Of a stretch of DNA of 64,000 bases, positions 60,955-64,000 are shown piece after piece. The notes beneath the pieces are model-generated. The model did not search any database. It was not told the DNA's origin and worked only from the letters and a program-made list of their open reading frames with translations. Every line of letters begins with the position of its first letter. Position 1 is the first letter of the stretch. The position numbers and the translations under genes were made by a program. The stretch spans positions 2,542,001 through 2,606,000 of the forward strand of contig JAUFOQ010000016.1 in NCBI GenBank assembly GCA_040285855.1, read 5' to 3'. The stretch is from Eukaryota sp. GEM-RC1. Taxonomy: Eukaryota.

Positions 60955-62896
60955 TTAACGTTTCTTTCTGGGTGAAGTTCGAGTAGTATTCTTAGAAGAC
61001 TGTTTCTTCAAGAAGGTAGAATAAGCAGCGGTGTTGCGAATCTCAGAGAGGGGTTCCCAAGTAGGTTCGGATGCACCGACCCACCTGACGAGGCAACGCT
61101 GGCGAGTAGTGTCGATGTTCAGGACTTCTTCGACAAGATGTTCAGTACGGTCTTGAGCAGCAACGGCTGAAAGGTAGTCAGGATTGGTTGACTGAGGGAG
61201 GAAGGGTTGTAAAGAAGAGATATTGGCTAGAGTTTCTGAGCCAGTTAATAAGTTTAGGATCTTCACATGGTTTCGACCTGTAAAGACCTTAGTGACTAAG
61301 AAGGGGGCCTTTCCAAGGGCTTTGCAGCTTGGCGGACTTGTCGAAAGCTCGGAGCACGTAAGAGCCTTCCTTGAAGAGATGATCCACGTTGTTACTCTGA
61401 GGAAGAGTTGGAGGGTTCAGATTAGTTTCTGCCTTTTCCCACTTTTCGATGAGGGAGGCGGAGACACTTTCGATGGTTCTGAGCCATGAGGTGGCCGGAA
61501 TGCTTGAATTAGTTAACTTTTCGAGGATTTTCGTCGGCGGGTTTCTTGGGTCGATTGTGGAATCAGTACCAAACACCATTTCGAAGGGTGTAAAGCCTGT
61601 TCTTCTGCATTTAGTGCAGTTGATTAGTAATTGCGTCATTGGGAGGTACCCAGACCAATTATCATAATCGTTGAAATCGGCCAAAAGTTTTCTTAAGGTA
61701 TGCAAAACGTCCCTGTTCCTGCGCTCGGCAACACCATTACTTTGATGATAGTGAGGAATGGCAGTAGATTCCGAAATGTTTAAGAAGTCACACAATTCCT
61801 CGAATATGTGATTAGCATATTCGGGTCCGTTGTCACTGTGGACCGAGGCTGGAATACCGAAAATCGAGCAGACTTTTTCGAGGAGGGCGAAGGCTACTTC
61901 AGAAGCGTTCAGCTTAGCCAGGGGGACGAGGACGGTGAACCGGGTAAACGAGTCTACGAACACGACAACGTATTTGTACTTGGATACATCTTCAGGTAGG
62001 GGGCCTATAGTATCCACGTGTAGGCTCTCAAAGGGTCTTCTAGCAATTAAGTTACCTGTTGTTTGAGCGGTGTTTCTGGCGGACGGCAAGTTGGAGTTCT
62101 TTTGACAGCTGGGACAGTGTTGAATGTGGGAGGTTAGGTCTTCTTTGGCAGAAGGCCACCAATAATCGGAGTTCTCGAGGGCCTTTAAACTGGAGGCGAG
62201 GGTGGGGTGTCCACAGTGAGGCAGTCCATGGATGTTCATGAGGACGTCTTGTCGTTGGGCCTTGGGCAGAATGATTTTACCTTGGAACAAATATAGGTCA
62301 AGAGTTTCTTCGAGCTCAAGAGTTCCTGCTTCAGACAGCTGGTCAATTAAAGCGGCGAACTCAGGGTCTTCGTCTAAACGCTGGGCTTCTCGGAGTTCAG
62401 CCATCCAATCGGCCCGTTTGTCTTTGAGAGACATGACGCGATGGGGAGAGAAGAGGTTAGTTGCATAAAACAAGGGGTCGGCAGAACGACGGAGAAGGTT
62501 ATCAGCATTGGCTCGGGTCTTTCTAGGATCAACTTTGAGGCCTGGAGCAGAGGTTAAAGGTGTGAAAAATCGTAGAGGTGTTAAGAAATTAGCAGGAGTG
62601 TTAGGGGAAAGGGAAAGTTCGGCTTCGGAGTCAGTGGAAGCTGACAACAAGTCGTCAGAGCAATTTACTATCCTAGGGACAAAGGATTTAGCGTGCAGAG
62701 CCACTTCTTCTTCGTCAGTGGATATTTCAATATCGTCTGAGGAATCGTCTAGATTAAGATCAGGGCTTGAAGATCGTTTGGGAATTTTGTTTTCTGGAGA
62801 GTTGATACACTCAGCAGAAGGAGTCAAGGACTTCAAGAAGTGGGGGCGATCGGAGTCGGTTGAACTCTCAGAGTCGACTATATCTTCGGGGTCCAT
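60955..62896 (-). CDS. Integrase-chromodomain protein, split by one extra base in a G5 run at ~61305
   Basis: Removing one base gives WKGPFLVTKVFTGRNHVKILN, joining ORFs 61289-62896 and 60955-61266. Confidence 0.85.
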
Positions 62897-63514
62897 TTGT
62901 TCTATATGGCCTTCAATTAATCATAGGCCTTGCTCATGGAGGAAGGCATGGGGATCTAGTTCAGGATAGTTTTCAGCTTCGCACTGGTTGATGAAGTCTC
63001 GGGTAGCTTCGACAGAGTGGTGTTTGACTCTGTGGAGATCTCGTTTAAATTTAGAAAGAGGTTGTTTAATCATGATCAGACACTCTGGGCATTCAAAGAA
63101 CTTGAGGCCTGAGTGGGAGGTAATCTCTTGGAGAGGGACCTGTTTGTTGGGCGCGTGGGCTAGAAAGTTCGGGTAGCAATCGGAGATAAATTGTAGGCGG
63201 GGAGGTTCCATCTTGAAGCAAAGGTCGTGGATGAGGTTCTTGGCGTTTGCGATCCAGACGTGTGGGTGGACTATCTGGTCTTTGTATGTTTCCATCTTGG
63301 AAACATTAAGTAGGGTTAGGGTTTTCCCTATTCCCTGTGCACGGACCAACAATGATATCATTGTCCCTTTCCGAGGGTTAAGTCGCTGCTTCGGGTTGGC
63401 TTCCCGTTGCTTCTAGTGCTTGAATGTGTCTGGCCAACATCAATTCAAGGCTCTGCCCTTTCTCCTCATTTCACCCTAGATACCGAGAAAGTTGTGTTTA
63501 TCCTCTTGTGTCCT

Positions 63515-63712
63515 GGTTTCTTCTGCTCCACGTTGCTATGAATTCCCCCGTACTTAGTGCTGATGTGTATATCCGCCTATGTGTCTTGCTTCTTCTGCTC
63601 CACGTTGATGTGTTCCTCCGAACTTTGCACTGATGTGTATATCTGCTTATGTTTGTTGTCTATATCTGTCCCACGTTGCTGTGTATATGCCCCCAAACTT
63701 GGCCCTGCTGAA
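63515..63712. repeat. About 2.7 degenerate ~72-bp repeats inside the gag region
   Basis: The unit ctgctccacgttg..ccgwactt..ctgatgtgtatatcygcytatgt recurs. Confidence 0.75.
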
Positions 63713-64000
63713 CATCTGATGGTAAAAACGCTCTGCACTCCGAGAATGGAGTTTTGACGGTATCAGGCTGCCGTAGAAGAGCCTTGAGTAGGAGTGAGTT
63801 ATCGGAATCTTCTTTAGTAATGGCATAGGCGGCCATATCTTCGATCCAGGATAGGATGTGTTCGGCATCCAAAGTCTTGAGGAGAGGAACTTTGGTCCTT
63901 ATTCCTTTTCTTCCAAGGGAGGAGTTCAGCAAGGCGACGTTACGGTCGGAGGTTCTTGCATCCTGAACAGTTTCTTCGAGGTCTGTATCCGAGGCATAGT

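Larger units (their letters stand above)
60824..64000 (-). mobile_element. Second chromoviral LTR-element family (gag remnant, complete integrase, chromodomain), 5' end outside window
   Basis: Integrase with HHCC (H..GH..CPSCQ) and D,D,E (VDTIGP, HSDNG, NGVAERRN); chromodomain (VEEVL..LVRWVG..TWEPLSEI); polypurine tract then a putative TG..CA LTR at 60824-60896 (left boundary uncertain). Confidence 0.85.

Noticed and set aside
1..64000. tRNA or rRNA genes, spliceosomal introns, alternative genetic code
   Set aside because: None recognised by eye; conserved genes read through without introns and end in TAA, TAG or TGA. tRNAscan/Infernal were not run.

Overview
AT-rich, apparently intron-free, very compact eukaryotic DNA in the standard genetic code. 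It is probably from a flagellated anaerobic protist; this is inferred from PKD2, TPGS2 and SSX2IP-like genes plus PPDK and hemerythrin remnants. Host genes include a kinesin (runs off the left edge), Rpp40-like, a membrane-anchored beta-lactamase-family hydrolase, INTS11, PKD2, VPS52, EMG1, SSX2IP-like, phosducin-like, TPGS2, NudC, Aladin, two BTB proteins and a DUF2828-vWA protein. These are interleaved with many mobile elements whose ends can be read from the sequence: hAT (several families), MULE, pogo/Tc1, CRE-type non-LTR remnants and chromoviral LTR elements lacking reverse transcriptase. Highlights are: (1) a four-level nested transposon stack at 40326-46999 with a TSD at every level; (2) RT-less gag/integrase/chromodomain LTR elements with very short LTRs, one family lacking a TGG primer-binding site; (3) a decayed T4-Rnl1-type RNA ligase whose 5' leader shares a 25-nt identical block with the kinesin gene 55 kb away; (4) bacterial-type tandem hemerythrin and PPDK remnants; (5) excess intergenic TACATGTA, matching Tc1-type excision footprints. 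Several frameshifts in conserved genes may be assembly indels. All family calls come from motif recognition by eye; no database searches were run.
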